Below, in pieces: positions 1 through 13,962 of a DNA stretch of 64,000 bases (position 1 is its first letter; each line of letters starts with the position of its first letter). A program made the position numbers and the translations under genes. The DNA is from Lama glama (Eukaryota): the NCBI GenBank assembly GCA_028534125.1, contig CM052851.1, positions 38,440,001-38,504,000 on the forward strand, read 5' to 3'. The notes beneath the pieces were generated by a model. It was not told the origin of the DNA, did no database searches, and saw only the letters and a list, made by a program, of their open reading frames with translations.

Positions 1-1099
1 CTGAGGGAGGAAAGCAGACAATACAATGCGATAAAGATCAGGGACAGGAGGAAACATTCTCATTCACAGAAAACTAGCCTAGGGAGATTATTAAGAATAC
101 AGGTATGACAGTGAAAAATGTTCTACAAAATATAAACAGGTGTCTGGGTCACCAAGACAGAGACTGGGGGCCAAATAATTCTCCGACAACGAAGACTTGC
201 TCCCTCCCTGGTTCGTAGTTTACATCGGGCTCCATCCTCAGAACCGTGGTCCCCGGAAGGGCCAGAATCTGCAACATGCCCTGCCCCACAGACACACCTG
301 GACCCAGGAAGGTGGCATGGAGGAGCTGATGGGGCAAAGGGATGCCTAAGATAAGGTTTCTCTCAGTTGGGCTGCTCTCAGGTCGGGTAAGGTAACAGAA
401 AACCCAACTCAAACTGGTTTAAATGATGAACGGCTTTTATGGTCTCAGACACAACGAGGATTTGACCAATGGTTTGATCCAGGAAGTCCCAGGCTTCAGT
501 CTGTTTAGGCCAAGGTCTGCCGTGTTCCCCGCAAAAGCAACCAGAAAAAAAAGCCAGAGGAGAGCAGAGCTGGCTCAGGCCCTTCCGTGAGCCAGACTCT
601 GGGCCAGGAGGGTGGGCTTTCTCTGCCTGGTTGAGGACATACCGCTGGGCCTGGAAGTGAAGCCAAATCTATCTAAAGAGCATGGCTTCCCCACAGAGAA
701 GAGAGAGGGGCATGGATTGGAGGGCCAGCCACAGGATCCATGGCAAAGGCATATCCACCGAGGGCTGTGGTGCAGGAGTCCATTGTCTTCTTCCATTCTG
801 ATGCAGATCTAATTACCCATCCCTTCACCAGGGCCAGGGCCTGCAGAGGCTCCCAAACAACGTCATCAAATTTCTGTTGCAAAGCCCTAAATTGCATGTC
901 GGGTTGTCTAGGGCCGTGGTCTGCATATCAGGCCACTTCAATCATGGTCTCTGCTTGTCCTGGTCAATCAGTCCCCCTGTGCCTCCCTCCCTCCCTGACA
1001 TCCCAGGCTAACTCCCAAAGTGCAAGGCAGCCCAGTTACCTGCCCCTCCTGTATTCTTGGTTGGTGCTGCCCGCTGTCCCTGTCACTACACTCAGCCTC

Positions 1100-2210
1100 C
1101 TGACCCTGTATCACCTGCAACATTTGTTCACCTACAGAAAGGAGTTCCCTCCCCTTTCTGCCTTACCTGAAATCTGACTGAGGACATGGCTTCCCTGGCT
1201 GATCTCTTAAGAGGTGCCAACTCATTCCATTGCCCACCCATGGGACAAGGAAGAGGGTGGTCAGCATCTCTCTGCCTCCCACTGCCTCTTTTGGACCATC
1301 ACTCTGTTTTGAGTCTCCGTTCGTTGGCACTGCCCCCTTCCCACCTCCCAACGTTCACTGAGGACTCGGGTCCCTGACTCACAGGCTTCCCAGGGGAAAA
1401 CCGTCAGCACCTAGGATGACTCAGTATCTCTGGGGATAACACTTTCTACATCTTTAAGGCTCTGACTCCCTGGTCTCCAATGGCCTTTTCCCTTCTTGCC
1501 ACTTGGGCCACTCATCCCCTTGGCCACACTCAGAGCCTTGTCATCACCTAGAAGTGCTACACGGTTGGACAAAATCTCATTCCCCAAACACAGCCATGCT
1601 TGTCCTTCTCCTTTCCTTCCCTCAACACTCCTTTGTCCCCTTATCCTTTCATCTTCTTGTCAATACATACTGCTAAGCAGTGGTGGGGAAAATTCCATTC
1701 CCCTGTGGACGGGTCCTAGGTCTCCAGTTTCAGCCCCCTGCCATCTGGATTCCCTACTGCACCTCCGAAGCTACTCTGTCCAATGTCACTAGAGATTTCT
1801 GTGTTGCTAAAGTAGAGGGACGCTTGGTCCTTATCTGATTAGACTCCTCTCTACCTTAACCACTTCCTCATTCTTGAAATTCTCTTCCCCTGGGGCTACT
1901 GAGACACCAGTCACCCCTCATTTCTTCTGTCTCCTGGGATGCTCTTTCTCCAACTTTCTCACTAATTCCTTTCCCCCATCAATCCCATAAACATTGTCAT
2001 TCCCTGGGCTTACATCTCCTTTCATTTTACAAATTCTTTCCAGATGATCTCTCTCAGGTCCAAGGTTTCAAGGACGATTCAAATGCAAAACTTGGACGTG
2101 GATATATAGCTGATCACCCACTGGGTACTGTCACCAGTGTGCCCCTCAGAGACCTTAAAATTGACATGTCTAAAATTGAACTTGCTATTCAGTAACCTGA
2201 ACTCCCCTTT
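1100..2210 (+). mobile_element. L2 relic
   Basis: Pyrimidine-rich L2-like text (GTCCTTATCTGA..CCACTTCCTCATTCTTGAAATTCTC; CTTAAAATTGACATGTCTAAAATTGAACT). Confidence 0.6.
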
Positions 2211-3365
2211 CTCTTCGCTAAAACATTACACTCTGTGTGAAATGACAGAGTCTAAATTAAGACCAGCAGATGCTGCCTCTCCCCTGGATAGAAAAGGAAA
2301 CTTGAATAGTACTCATTATCACCCATTTAAGACACGTTATAATGTCTCACACAATCCTTTTATTCAGCAAGTAGGTGAATATAAAAACATTTATAATCCC
2401 ATTTTCCTCTTAAAGTCCTGAGTTGCTCAACTGTGAATTCTTTTCCCACAGATGATTTCAGGGGGAAATACCAGTTGCTTTGGCCAGTTGCCCATCTTGG
2501 GTTGGCAGTTGACACGTTGCAGATCTTGGAGCAGGGTCTAGGTGAGTGAGGACAGTGCATTTGTCTGCATGGTTAGAAATGAGTTTTGCTTTATTGCAGA
2601 TATTAAGCTTTCTCTGAGACGAGGCCAGGTCACATGTAAAGCTAAAAATAGATGTCCCCACAGGAAACTGCTGGCAAGTGCCTGGGTTTCTGGATCTCCT
2701 ATTCTCTCCTGTACTGTGGGCTCTCAGAGGCAGGTCCAGGTCTTACATGAGTGGACTGAGAGCTTCCTAGAAAGGCAGATGCAAGGTCTGGCAATAGAGC
2801 TTTCAAAACTGGCTGGGAGCAAAACAGCCCCTATGGACACAGCTCCTCTTGGGTACCACTGTGATCAAGAGATGCAGAGTCATCTGAGGTCTGAGGATGA
2901 AGAAAGCTTTGGATAAGATTAATGTAACCTACTCAGTCGGTCATCTGCATAAGAGAGAACTCTTGGCGTGTGATGCAGGAAACCAAAAACGAACCAACTA
3001 CTTTAAGAAAGAAAAACAGGAGATGGGGCTTATTGGAAGGAGAATTGATTATTTCAAGCAGCAATGAAACTAGGGGAATGGGAGGGAAACCCTGAGTTTG
3101 GGCCTCAGTCAGATATAACTAACTAGAACCAAGGATTCAACGTCCGGATCTCTCTGCATGTTAGCTTCCACTTTCCCCACTACAGACCAGGTCCTCAGTG
3201 TAGCTGAGTGCCAGTAGCTCCCTGGCCTCGTTCACATCCTGCTTGCCCCCTGCAAGAGGGATTAGCTCATTCTCTCTCTGCTCTGAGAAGGGACCCTGGC
3301 CTGTCTTGGGTTGGGGACTGACCGCCATACTGAAACCAAGCAGGCCCATGTAGGGGCCTTCCCAG

Positions 3366-3972
3366 TGACAGACCCCTCTGTGTCCCCACTTATTGCTGAC
3401 TGGGAAAAGAGGCTATGGACATATGACCTCCTGGGCCCTCCGTGTGGAACAAAGAATAGGTCCCAGCACTTAATGTTTGGGGAAGTGAAGAATGCAGAAA
3501 CAAAGATAGGACAGTCAGGCAGGAGAGTAGCCACCACTCAAACAATGAATCAGTCACGAGGACCCCCCAGTTCTCTCTCAAAGGTAGAGATAAGTCTGAC
3601 ACACATTCCTAAGCTGTTTTGCAGATACTAAAACCCCCACCAGGTGGAGGACTCTGTCTGTTTGCTGACCACCAGCACATGGCCCCCAGGCTGGTTGGAC
3701 CCAGAGAGTTGATGATGTTGACTCCCTAAGTACTACCCCATTACCTCATCACCCACCAATCAGAAAGATGTCCACCAGTTGGTCACTCATCCCGCAACCC
3801 TCTCCCTCACTCTGTTTTGAAAAGCCTTCCCTAAAAGCCATCCAGGAGTTTAGGTCTTTGAGCATGAACTGCCCCTTCTCCTTGCTTAGCACCTGCAGTG
3901 AAGTCCAGACTTTCCTTCACCATACCCCAGTGTCAGGAGATTGGCTTTGCTACATGGAGTTTGGTCCAGTGA
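3366..3972 (+). mobile_element. ERV1-class solo LTR (bounds approximate)
   Basis: TG start; CCAATCAG box followed by an R/U5-like segment (GAGTTTAGGTCTTTGAGCATGAACTGCCC...TTTCCTTCACCA...AGATTGGCTTT) resembling laurasiatherian ERV1 LTRs as recalled. Confidence 0.6.
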
Positions 3973-6900
3973 AGATACCATCAATGGCTGGGCTGTGAAG
4001 AGATCCGAGAACTCTCCTGAGTCAAGTGTCTCCACAGGACCAATCAGCTATGCCAAGGAGACAGAGTCCCGAAGTACAGACCCACCCACTGGGTACCCAC
4101 CCCTTATAACAAGGACACATCCCAGAGCAGAAGGGAGTGTTAGAATATCACAATTACAAAGACAGTACTATAACTGGAATATAGGCAGCCACCCCCAGCA
4201 AGGATTACTGTGTCATTGCTAAGTGTTTTTCAATCCTCACCGGAAACACAGAGAGCCTCAACACATCACCCATGCTAAGCTCGAGGGTTATAGCACATGG
4301 GGACATGGCTGAACCCTCTCTCCTTGCTGTGCCACCCGCCTCAGGCCCATCAGCTGCCCTCCCTCTGCTGCACTTCCAAGGTCTCAGCCACTCTCATCTC
4401 TCCCAAGATGTCTGTGTAAGCTGCCATCCATATTTCCCTCCCTCGCACCATCTTACTTCTCAGTTTCTCTCTTTTTATTATGCCTAAAGGGAGAGCTTTG
4501 AAGTCATCTCCCTGAGGAGGGAGAATGCAAACAGATGTAAATCTGCATGTGCTCCAGTTTCACAGAAGGAGCCTGGTGGTTAAGGAAGAGTTTCCTTCCA
4601 AGACCAAGTGCAGGGGAAGGGTGAGGGGAAGGAGTAGTCGGGTCGCAGACTCCCCACGTGGGTCTGGGTCTCTCCCTGGGCAAAGCCAGGGGTCTCTGGC
4701 CCTTAGATGTGTGAGCCAGTGTGTGTGAGCTCATGGAGCCAGTGTGATACAGTAACCACACACAACCGACACCAGCGACGCAGCAAATGGGGACAGTGCA
4801 AGCTCCTTGTCACTCCTCCTGATCTGAGCCAGGATCCAAGCCTTCTGCCTCTGGCTGGCAGTTGAAGTTGGTTTTCTACACTGGCCCTTGTTGCACGCTA
4901 AGATTTTATATCTTATTCACCCTCTCGCCACTTTGGTTAGGATCTCTCCCTCTAATTTCAGCTTTTACATAGAAACCCAAAACCCAGCCTGCTTGGCAAG
5001 CACTCCAGCCAAGATCATAACAGCAACATCGTGGGGGCTCAACAGCAGATATGCATCCAACTTTAGATGGGGAGGCAGCTGGGCCCTTCCTGGTACTCTC
5101 TGGGCATCAAAAAGTGGGAAAGGAAGAGAAGCAGCTGCCCCTGCCAACAGGCAACAGATGCTTAGCTCCAAAGTATAGCCTTGTCCTCCACCACCTGCCC
5201 CAGTCCTGTCTCTGCTGCAGCTGCTCAGCACTCAGAGACCAGGAGACAGGAAGAGACGTGGGGGTGGCAATGCCCAAGGCTCAGGTGTGGGGACCTGGGC
5301 ACAGAGGAGGCAGCACCAGGAACACAGAGGTCAGGAGGAACAGTGCCTAGAACTGGCCTGCCTGCCAAAGGAGCAGATGGGGTTCGGAAGAGGCCCAAGT
5401 TGCGATGGTATAGAGATGGAAAGATAGAAATATAAAGATATAAAGAGAGAGGCTCTTCTCTCCTTTTCCTCCCAGAATTGCTGTGGCTCAGTCCCTTGAA
5501 CTACAAGGCCTAGGATCTATTATATACTTTCATTTGTTCATTCATCATTATTTTCAACTCTTTTCTGAACAAGAATAAACAGAATTATGTGCAGTCAAAC
5601 TGTAATAATTCCAAAAAGAAAAAAGAAAGGAATAAACAGAAATCCCTATTTCTCAGTGGTTTATCACAGAATTGAAAGTCGGAAATGGAAAACATGAACC
5701 TGGAAAAGTGAAGCTGAGTTCCCAGTACAATTGTGCAAAACTAGCTCACTTCCTCTCCCCTGACACACACGATACGCCCTCAAGCATCCTAAGACCCCAT
5801 TCAGGTTCATTCCTCTGTGCCCTGTTTATACTCAGCTCCCTACCTAGGAGACCGTCCTACCTTATCCATTTGGCATACTCTTACTCATCTTTCAAGACCT
5901 AGATGAAGTGTTATGACCTCTCCTGGGACCAGCAGCATCCATCTCTCCACCTGCTGAATTAATTACCGTTTGATCACCATAGTGACCTACACATGCTCTA
6001 AAAGAGCACTTCTCTTACTGTCTATAGTTGTTGCTCATACCTCCATGTAACTGTGTGCAGTGGAAAGGGTGGGGGATCATCTTGTTTGTATTTGTATCTC
6101 AGTGCCTAGCACTAGCTAGTAATCCCCAGCACAGCACAGGTCCCCAGAATATATGTTGATTTTTAAAAAATGAACCAAAGAGTGTAATCAACAAAGTAAA
6201 CCTGGGTGCAGTTCTATGCTATATTTCAGTCCGTTCAATGTTGGAGCCGGGTAACTGCTTGGGAAGCACATGTTGAAACTAGGTCCTCTGCCTTCTCCAA
6301 CTTCAATGTTCCCACCACCCATCAGAATGAAAAGGTTTAAATACCATCTTTTCCCAAATAAATATGTCAAATACAAATTGAAGACACCTCATTGGTTTTT
6401 TATCTCCAAGTCCTTCACAAGAATAGCATCTTTTTTACAGTATAGCAATAGTGTGTGGCAGACAGGAAAACAAACTGTGCATTCTAACTATTGTCCAAGT
6501 CACCTGTCTGCTTAAGTCTCTTTGCTGATAATGGGACTGCATGGTGTCTAATTCTGTTCAGCAGGGGTCAAGGTCTATCAGCAGAAGTCCTTCTGGGACT
6601 GCTGTGCATGGTGCTTCACACAAAGTAACCCCTAGGAAAATGATGCTATGACCACATGTAACCAGGGAAATGAGGCAGGCCAGGAGGAGATGCTGAGGAC
6701 TCTGCTGTGGTCACACACCACTCTTGATACAGCAGGAGCCTCAACAAAGGGATTAATCAGAAACCCTAGGATCTTTGGCATACATTTCTCAGTCATACAA
6801 CACCTAGAATATTTTATTCATGGCTGCCAGTTTAGAGAAATACGTTGCACCAGTCAAGCTCTTTTAATTGCAAACAGCAGAAACACACCTCATTATAGGT

Positions 6901-7524
6901 TAGGACACAAAGGTGAATATGCATAGTAGTGGAACCAAACTAAGTTTGGTTTCAAGGACTGATAACACTGTCAGATCTTGCTCTCCTCATTTCTCAACTC
7001 TGCTTCTGCGCTGGTTCATTCTCTCCTCCTGCAGGTAGGCTTTGTGGAAAGCATGGCTTCCCCATCTTTGCCAACATATCAATTGGAGCATCTATAAGTT
7101 TCCAGGAAAAATTCCATTTGGCCCAACCCAGATCATGTAGGTGCCCCTGTATTCAAGGGAATGGTTTCATTACCAAAAACCTTGGGGCACGCAGGTGTGA
7201 TCACTTTATAAGTCACTGCACGCCAGCTGTCTCGCCCAATTTGTACTGACTGCAGGTGTTAATAACTTCAAGTATTTTTAAAGTGTATTTTTTTTCTGAT
7301 TACAAAATAAAGGCTCATTGTTTAAAATATAGAAGATTCAGAAAGGAAAAAGGAGTGGGAAATATCCCATAATCTCACTACTCAAATGACAGCCATTGTT
7401 AGCCCTCCATTCTTTTGTTTAACGCTTAAAAAAAAAAGTCCCTTATATACAATTTTGCCTCCTGATTTTTTCACATTAACATTTTAACGCATACACTTCC
7501 CTAAGTCATAAAAAAATCCTTGAA

Positions 7525-7661
7525 GTGGGGGGGTATAGCTTAGTGGTAGAGTGCATGCTTAGCATGCCCAAGGTCCTGGGTTCAATCCCCAGTCCCTCCA
7601 TTAAAACAACAAAAATAGAACAGGCTGTTCAATCAAGAAAATACATTATATATATATGAGC
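7525..7661 (+). mobile_element. tRNA-Ala-derived SINE (camelid vic-1 type)
   Basis: GGGGGTATAGCTTAGTGGTAGAGTGCATGCTTAGCATG...GGTTCAATCCCCAGT plus A-rich tail; TSD TCCTTGAA at 7517-24 and 7662-69. Confidence 0.9.
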
Positions 7662-10600
7662 TCCTTGAAACCTTGCTTTAAATAGTTATACAGTATACTC
7701 TCTATTTCCCTTGTTGGGAAGGAAAGAATGCAGTGGGATGAGACGGGACTCCTCTCACATGTGTGCATCTGTCCATAGGCATTTACAGTTCCCAGGACTG
7801 GACAAGAGGCCTCAGCCTGGAATTCCCCTGCCCTATGTCCTGCATTCCCCTAAACTCTTCCAAACGTGTCTCATCACATTCACTCTTCCTCTGCTCCAGG
7901 CTCAAAGGACTTGCTATCAATTCGGCTAATGGTTTGGCCAAATGCTTTAGGTTTGAACGCTGAAGCTTTGTAGCTACGTCATCTGGGAAATTTGTTTTAT
8001 CTCTCTAATATGAGTAAAATGAGGATTTTGTGTAGAGTTCTTATGAAGATTGACATTATGTATGTAAGACACTGAGCACATAATAGGTGATCAATAAACA
8101 GCAGTATCACAAGACCCAAAGATTCCTCTCTAACTGTATGGCGCTCTCCACCCTCGCCCTGCTTTGTCAGGTGTGTTTCTCAAAATTTATTGTTTGCGGT
8201 CTCTCTTGCTCCCATTTACACCCAACTCACTGTAATCTGGCTTCTGTTCCCTCTCTACTGACACTGCTTGCCAAAGATCTAATAAATTTCAGATGCATTC
8301 GTGGAGCTTTGGGTCATTTCTTAATCTTTTCTGTATACAGTCTCAGTTAACCAATTCTTCCTTCAAACTTCTCTCTTGGTCTCCGTACCAAGAATCTTCC
8401 CAGTTTTCCTAATTCTTAGACTGCCCCTTTAATTAGTATTGTCCTCAACCTTCATGTGTCTGGAAGAAGCATGATTCTTTGCTGTGAGATCTCAGCTGGA
8501 ATTCTGGTTCTCCTACTTGCCAAATTGAGTTCCTCGGTTTCTTAACTCAGCTGAGCCTCCATCCTCTAACCTGTGGAAAAGTGACTCTGCTCCTGGTTAA
8601 TAATCCTAAATGGAGTGAATGTACACTGAGCCTGCATTTCCCATTGGTGTAATGGATTAGTAGGCATAAACTGGAATTTCAGGCCTGGAAAGCCATTTCA
8701 TACATTAAGAATGTCAAAACTCAAAACAAAGAATATGCTCTTCAAAATATTTATTAACCATATAAAACTAAACAATGTGAACTATGATGTAAATGTTCCT
8801 TTGAGGCATTTTTCTTCATGGGCGGGACTGGCTGAGGTTTCTTAGACTCTTAGTTTAATGAAGTTTGGACAGAACATGCCATCTTTTCCTGGTAACTCTT
8901 CCTAGAGCATACATAGGTATTTTTCCTTACTCCAGAGACCTTTGAACTGCACTGAAAATTAGGGCCATCTGCCACAAAGAAAAAAACAAGTTCAATGATG
9001 TTCAGATGAACGCCTCTCAAGATTTTTGAAAGCTAAATGTTGGGAGAGGGACAGTTTCAATGTCTTACTCTTCCATTTTTATAAAAAATCTACTTTGCTG
9101 AGCTTCTGAGAAATGTCTAACAAAACAACCAAGTTTGCAGGAGAAATTTCTAGATCCACTCACTCCGCAATCAGTTTCAGTGATGCTTTTTACAGTTATA
9201 CAAACGCCTTCAAAATACTGACTGAGGCAGTTTCCTCCAAAATCCTAGTTCCAGGCTTCACTTACAATTTTCACAATATCCAAAACACTTCCAAAATTCT
9301 TTTTGATCCATCCTCCTTATTGATTGCTTTAATTGGCCTTTGAAAATTTCATAAAGAAAAATACCTTAAGGATGCAACAACTTACTTGATCTGTTGGCTG
9401 AAGTCAGTGAGATGCTTTGTGGAGACTGAATAGGGGAGGAAGAACTACTCTAATATCAGGATGCTGCTGCTTAAGAATTAGGAAACAGCCTAAAGCCAAG
9501 CTACTATCAATTTTTTTTCGTTATCAATACCCAAACCCAGCTGTTACCAATTTTTTAAATGCCCTTATATTTCTTGCCCTCCGGGACAAAGCAGAGTCAA
9601 AATCAAAGCTTGAGAACTGTCTTTTCAAAAGACATCAGTTCATTAGTTTAAGGGGGCTGCCTTGGATTCCTGGCAAGATAAAGGTAAGGCAAGTTTCGAT
9701 TTGTAGTTTACTGCAGTATCTTATTCCTCCTACCCACCTGCAAAGTCAATATTACAAAATTTTCTTCTTTACTAAAGTTAGCTTTCTAAAAAAGTTGTTT
9801 TATCAATGCCAAAAACCTGACTCAAACAAAACAGACCCCTGCATTTTAATAAATGTTTCTGGGAAATTCTTCAATGCTTCTGTATTAGCGCTTGTAGCTT
9901 TATATCCTGACATTATACTAACAAGTTCTCACTCTGTTATAAAACAAAAATTGCAGTTCAACGTGCAGTGTTCCCATCTAACGAAATCCTAGCCCCTTGT
10001 TTCCATCCATAGGTGTCCTAGTTCAGGCCCTCCTTAGTCTTATCATGATTCAATACTACAATGGCTTTGAAACTAATCTAAACGTAATTCCCAGGATCCA
10101 TTCTCTTATCTGCCACCAGCACCTTTCCAAGGTATGTAATTGTCCTTTGAGCCATCCCTCCAACATAGGACTTACCACATTTTATTGTCATTCTGTTTAT
10201 ATGAGTCTCCTCTATTTTATCCCAGGTCCCTAGTGGTCAAAGACTATTTCTTCTGTTTACCAGGTGGCATATAAAAGGCACTTAGCATAAGCATCCTATG
10301 TTGAATAAGAGCCCGACTCTCATATCAGCTTTCAGATAGCTTAAGAATGCCCTTTGAAAATTAGACTTTTTCTACTTAATTTACTATTCTTAAACAATAT
10401 GTAAAGAATTCACTGCAAATCTTGATGAAAACCAACACCTGATTTTTTTCTTTGAAGCTAGTGCACTAGGAAAAATGCACCTTAATGACTTAATGAGTGA
10501 TGCTACTAAACACCAATTTTATTTTTTAGCTTTGTCCTCAGTGGCTGAAATATATTACCTGTTCCAGCCTATACAGCCTTTTCAAAGGTTTTCTGCCTCC

Positions 10601-11304
10601 CACACTTACCAGCTTTTATGTCTAATTTGTCTGTCTGGACCAATTCCTCTCACAGTTTTGAACTGAGCTTTTTAACATGCCATGAGATTAAAAGCAAAAT
10701 AATCAAACTTGTTAGAAGTGTTTATAGAATAGGTCCTAATCAAGAGATACGACCTATGATCAAAAAGCACAAAGATCTTGTAACATCCATTTTTATCTGC
10801 TAGAAGGCCTTCAGTGCTTATCTCTCTGGTTCTAATCTATGTCAGAAAAAGACATCACATAGAATTAACACTGCCAATCACTTAAATTTGCACTCAATTC
10901 TAAAATTCAGCCCAATTTAGTGCGTTAAAAACTCCCCACTTCAAAGCTCTCTCCTGTGACTCAGTTCAAATTAGAAAGTTATGAATCATATCCATTATAT
11001 TCACTTAACAATATAAAGCTATTTTAAACTGCATTATAAATTTCCGACAGATCGAATGTATAATATGCAATGTGATGTAAAAATATTAAGTCCTTATGCC
11101 AAAAAAAAATTCAAGGATGATGGGTAAATTCTTCTTAAATCCCCAAACTATTGTGGACTTAAGCTCATCATTAAATAATCAATGTTTCATAGTCTATCAA
11201 AAATGTGCTCTGTTTTGGGGACTTTATATACTTTATACTCTACATTTTAAAATGTAGTGATAATGGAGATAAAATAGAAAATAGGCACCACAAAGATTTA
11301 GACA

Positions 11305-12494
11305 ATTAAGGTAAGCTCAGAGTGACTTTTAATATGCCAATCAATGTTAATAAAACACAAGTCAAACAGACAAGTGCAAACATGTTTCAAACCAAAATTA
11401 ATAGGAAAACAAACAATACACAAATTCCTTTTTTTTTTTTTTTGCAACATCTGTTAGCCAGCATGGTTAGTCAAATGGCTAATCACAGATAAAATGTATT
11501 TTGTGAAAAGCTTGGAATAGTCAGAAGTCATTCTGGCATTTTAAACAGCTATGTACAGTATCATCAAGATTAGTTTATGTACACAAATATTGAAGAGAAA
11601 CCGGGCAAAACATTTAAAAACAGACTAACAATACAATCAAGTACAAAACTTGGGTGGAGAGAGGAAACATTTTTTAAAAAGAGGGTAGGGCAGTATCAGG
11701 AAAAATTACAAAACCAGTAATAATTATACTACATTAATACAGCATTCCAAAGAGGGGGAAAGGTGCATTTCTCCAATGCACTAGCTTCAAAGTTCAAAGG
11801 AAAAATAAGGGCAAATAACTGCTTTTCATCAAGAGCAGCTATATATTTCACATAATTGTTTTAAANNNNNNNNNNNNNNNNNNNNNNNNNNNNNNNNNNN
11901 NNNNNNNNNNNNNNNNNNNNNNNNNNNNNNNNNNNNNNNNNNNNNNNNNNNNNNNNNNNNNNNNNNNNNNNNNNNNNNNNNNNNNNNNNNNNNNNNNNNN
12001 NNNNNNNNNNNNNNNNNNNNNNNNNNNNNNNNNNNNNNNNNNNNNAAGAAAGAAAAGGTTGACACACAGGTACACGGAAGGCTGAGGAGTACTGAGTCTC
12101 TTAGCATTTCCCTTTTCAAAGGGAAAATATGTTTGTAATAAAGCCCTTGAGTCCTTTTTACAGGTCACTACAGGGAAAGATACCTTTTATTACAATGCAA
12201 CAGCAAACTATAAGCAGCACACCACCACAGTGGTTAACCTTGGAAAGGCTGGTGTAACATCCAACAGTGACTGACACCCTACAGAAGACAGACTTTAAGA
12301 CTAGACGAAAGCCTAATATAGCACTGGTCAAAATACAGTTTTCAACTGTAATTCACAAATAAAAGTCCTAAAAGGTATTTCAGTAAAACTACTGACACCG
12401 ACTGAGAAAGTAATTGCAAACTGGATTCTAGCAGTGATTTCAACCTAGCTTCCTCTTGTCACAGTTTTCTGGGGGGAGGTGGGANNNNNNNNNN
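11305..12494 (-). other. WEE1: WEE1 3'UTR (main form)
   Basis: U-rich, repeat-free sequence after the last coding exon; AATAAA at 12191-12186, ATTAAA at 11333-11328. Confidence 0.75.
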
Positions 12495-12648
12495 NNNNNN
12501 NNNNNNNNNNNNNNNNNNNNNNNNNNNNNNNNNNNNNNNNNNNNNNNNNNNNNNNNNNNNNNNNNNNNNNNNNNNNNNNNNNNNNNNNNNNNNNNNNNNN
12601 NNNNNNNNNNNNNNNNNNNNNNNNGCCATCTGGGCTTTCTTGAGTTCT
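12495..12648 (-). CDS. WEE1: WEE1 exon 11 coding part (stop inferred inside N block 12485-12624)
   Basis: Acceptor TTCTTAG|AGAACTCAAGAAAGCCCAGATGGC = ELKKAQMA; end position assumes a human-length C-terminus. Confidence 0.8.
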
Positions 12649-13553
12649 CTAAGAATATAAAAATAGGAAACAAGACTTTTCACTGACTTTATTAATCTTA
12701 GTAAGGGATTCTAAAAGGCCAAATACAAACTACACTATCAGATCTTTGAATGCCATCATTATTCTAAGATGCAATTGAGGAAAGAAAATATACAATATGA
12801 AACTTTAGCTTCTGCTCAAACTTAAATTCATGAAATATTTTTACTCTGTGCTTTCAGAATTAAAATATTATATACATTTGGATGCTAGTAATGTTAGCAA
12901 TGCTAGTAATGACTTTAGGTCTTAAAAAATAATTTCAAATAGAACTCTAATTCATATTGTGAAAGTATCTTTACATAATAGAGGCAAAAGGAAAATTCTA
13001 CTTTCTCTTTATATAAACTGATAGCTATCAAACTAATGGCAAATAAACCTTTAAATATTTCAAGTCAGTTTTATTAGGTTAGAATCAAAATGGTAGCAAT
13101 AAAGCAAATGAATTAGCATTATCATTCCAACCAGTTTTCCAAAAATGTCAAAGCTTATTCAGATGAAATCATCTACTAACCTAATCAACATTAATTTCAT
13201 CCTTTCATAAAAATAAGTAGAACAGAATGTTTCAAGAAAAACGTTAATTTATGAGGAGAGTTTAGAGGGAAACCGGTACCTGCTCATTTTAGTTTTTTGC
13301 TACAATCTGGGGCTTGGGATTATCACCACTTGCAAATATATGCTAGTCTTAAAATTTTTTAAGTCCATAGCTTCAAAGTTTAGAAACAATCTAAATTTAT
13401 AGGTCAAATACTAATTTAAGGCAGAAGTCCCCAAACTTTAACCGTACAACATGCCAAGCCACCATATTCTTCATTATCATAAAGCCTAAATCATCTCTTG
13501 TTAAAATTTGAGAATAAAAATGAGAAAGTAAAACCAAAAAACCCCTCACTTAC

Positions 13554-13699
13554 TTCTGCAAAAGCGAATTTTTGAACTTTTCAGCATTCAATTCTATCCG
13601 TAATTGTTCTGCACTTTTCCTAGAAGCAGACAGCAATACTGAATGCTTTACCAGTGCCATTGCTGAAGGTCTTCTTTCTGGATCTGGATGAATCATCAC
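13554..13699 (-). CDS. WEE1: WEE1 exon 10 (146 nt)
   Basis: VMIHPDPERRPSAMALVKHSVLLSASRKSAEQLRIELNAEKFKNSLLQ; donor AA|GTAAGT. Confidence 0.97.
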
Positions 13700-13791
13700 C
13701 TTAAAAAGAGAAGTAAAATTAAGGTAAAGATATGCAATTTAATAAAATATTGAATTGTATCAATTAAGTGCTTCATATATAAAATACACAC

Positions 13792-13962
13792 TTTGAGCAA
13801 CTCTGTAAATTCTTGGGAAAGCACTTGTGGAATCCGAGGTAATCTACCCTGTCTGATTTCATGCCATTGGTCTCCATTTCTTGGAAGAGGCTCAGCACCA
13901 GCAGCACATACCACTGTGAGGGCAAGGGCAAAAATATCTGCTTTTGGTAGATGAGTATAGTT
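13792..13962 (-). CDS. WEE1: WEE1 exon 9 (171 nt)
   Basis: NYTHLPKADIFALALTVVCAAGAEPLPRNGDQWHEIRQGRLPRIPQVLSQEFTELLK; AG/GT boundaries. Confidence 0.98.

Noticed and set aside
7527-7600. Apparent tRNA-Ala(AGC) gene (and similar copies)
   Set aside because: A-rich tails, TSDs, CpG decay and multiple diverged copies show these are SINEs
8638-8690. tRNA-Gln-like words (CCCATTGGTGTAATGGATTAG)
   Set aside because: Too short and diverged, with no B box or cloverleaf
9417-9992. 191-aa plus-strand ORF
   Set aside because: Non-ATG start, no recognisable domain, AT-rich sequence antisense to the WEE1 downstream region
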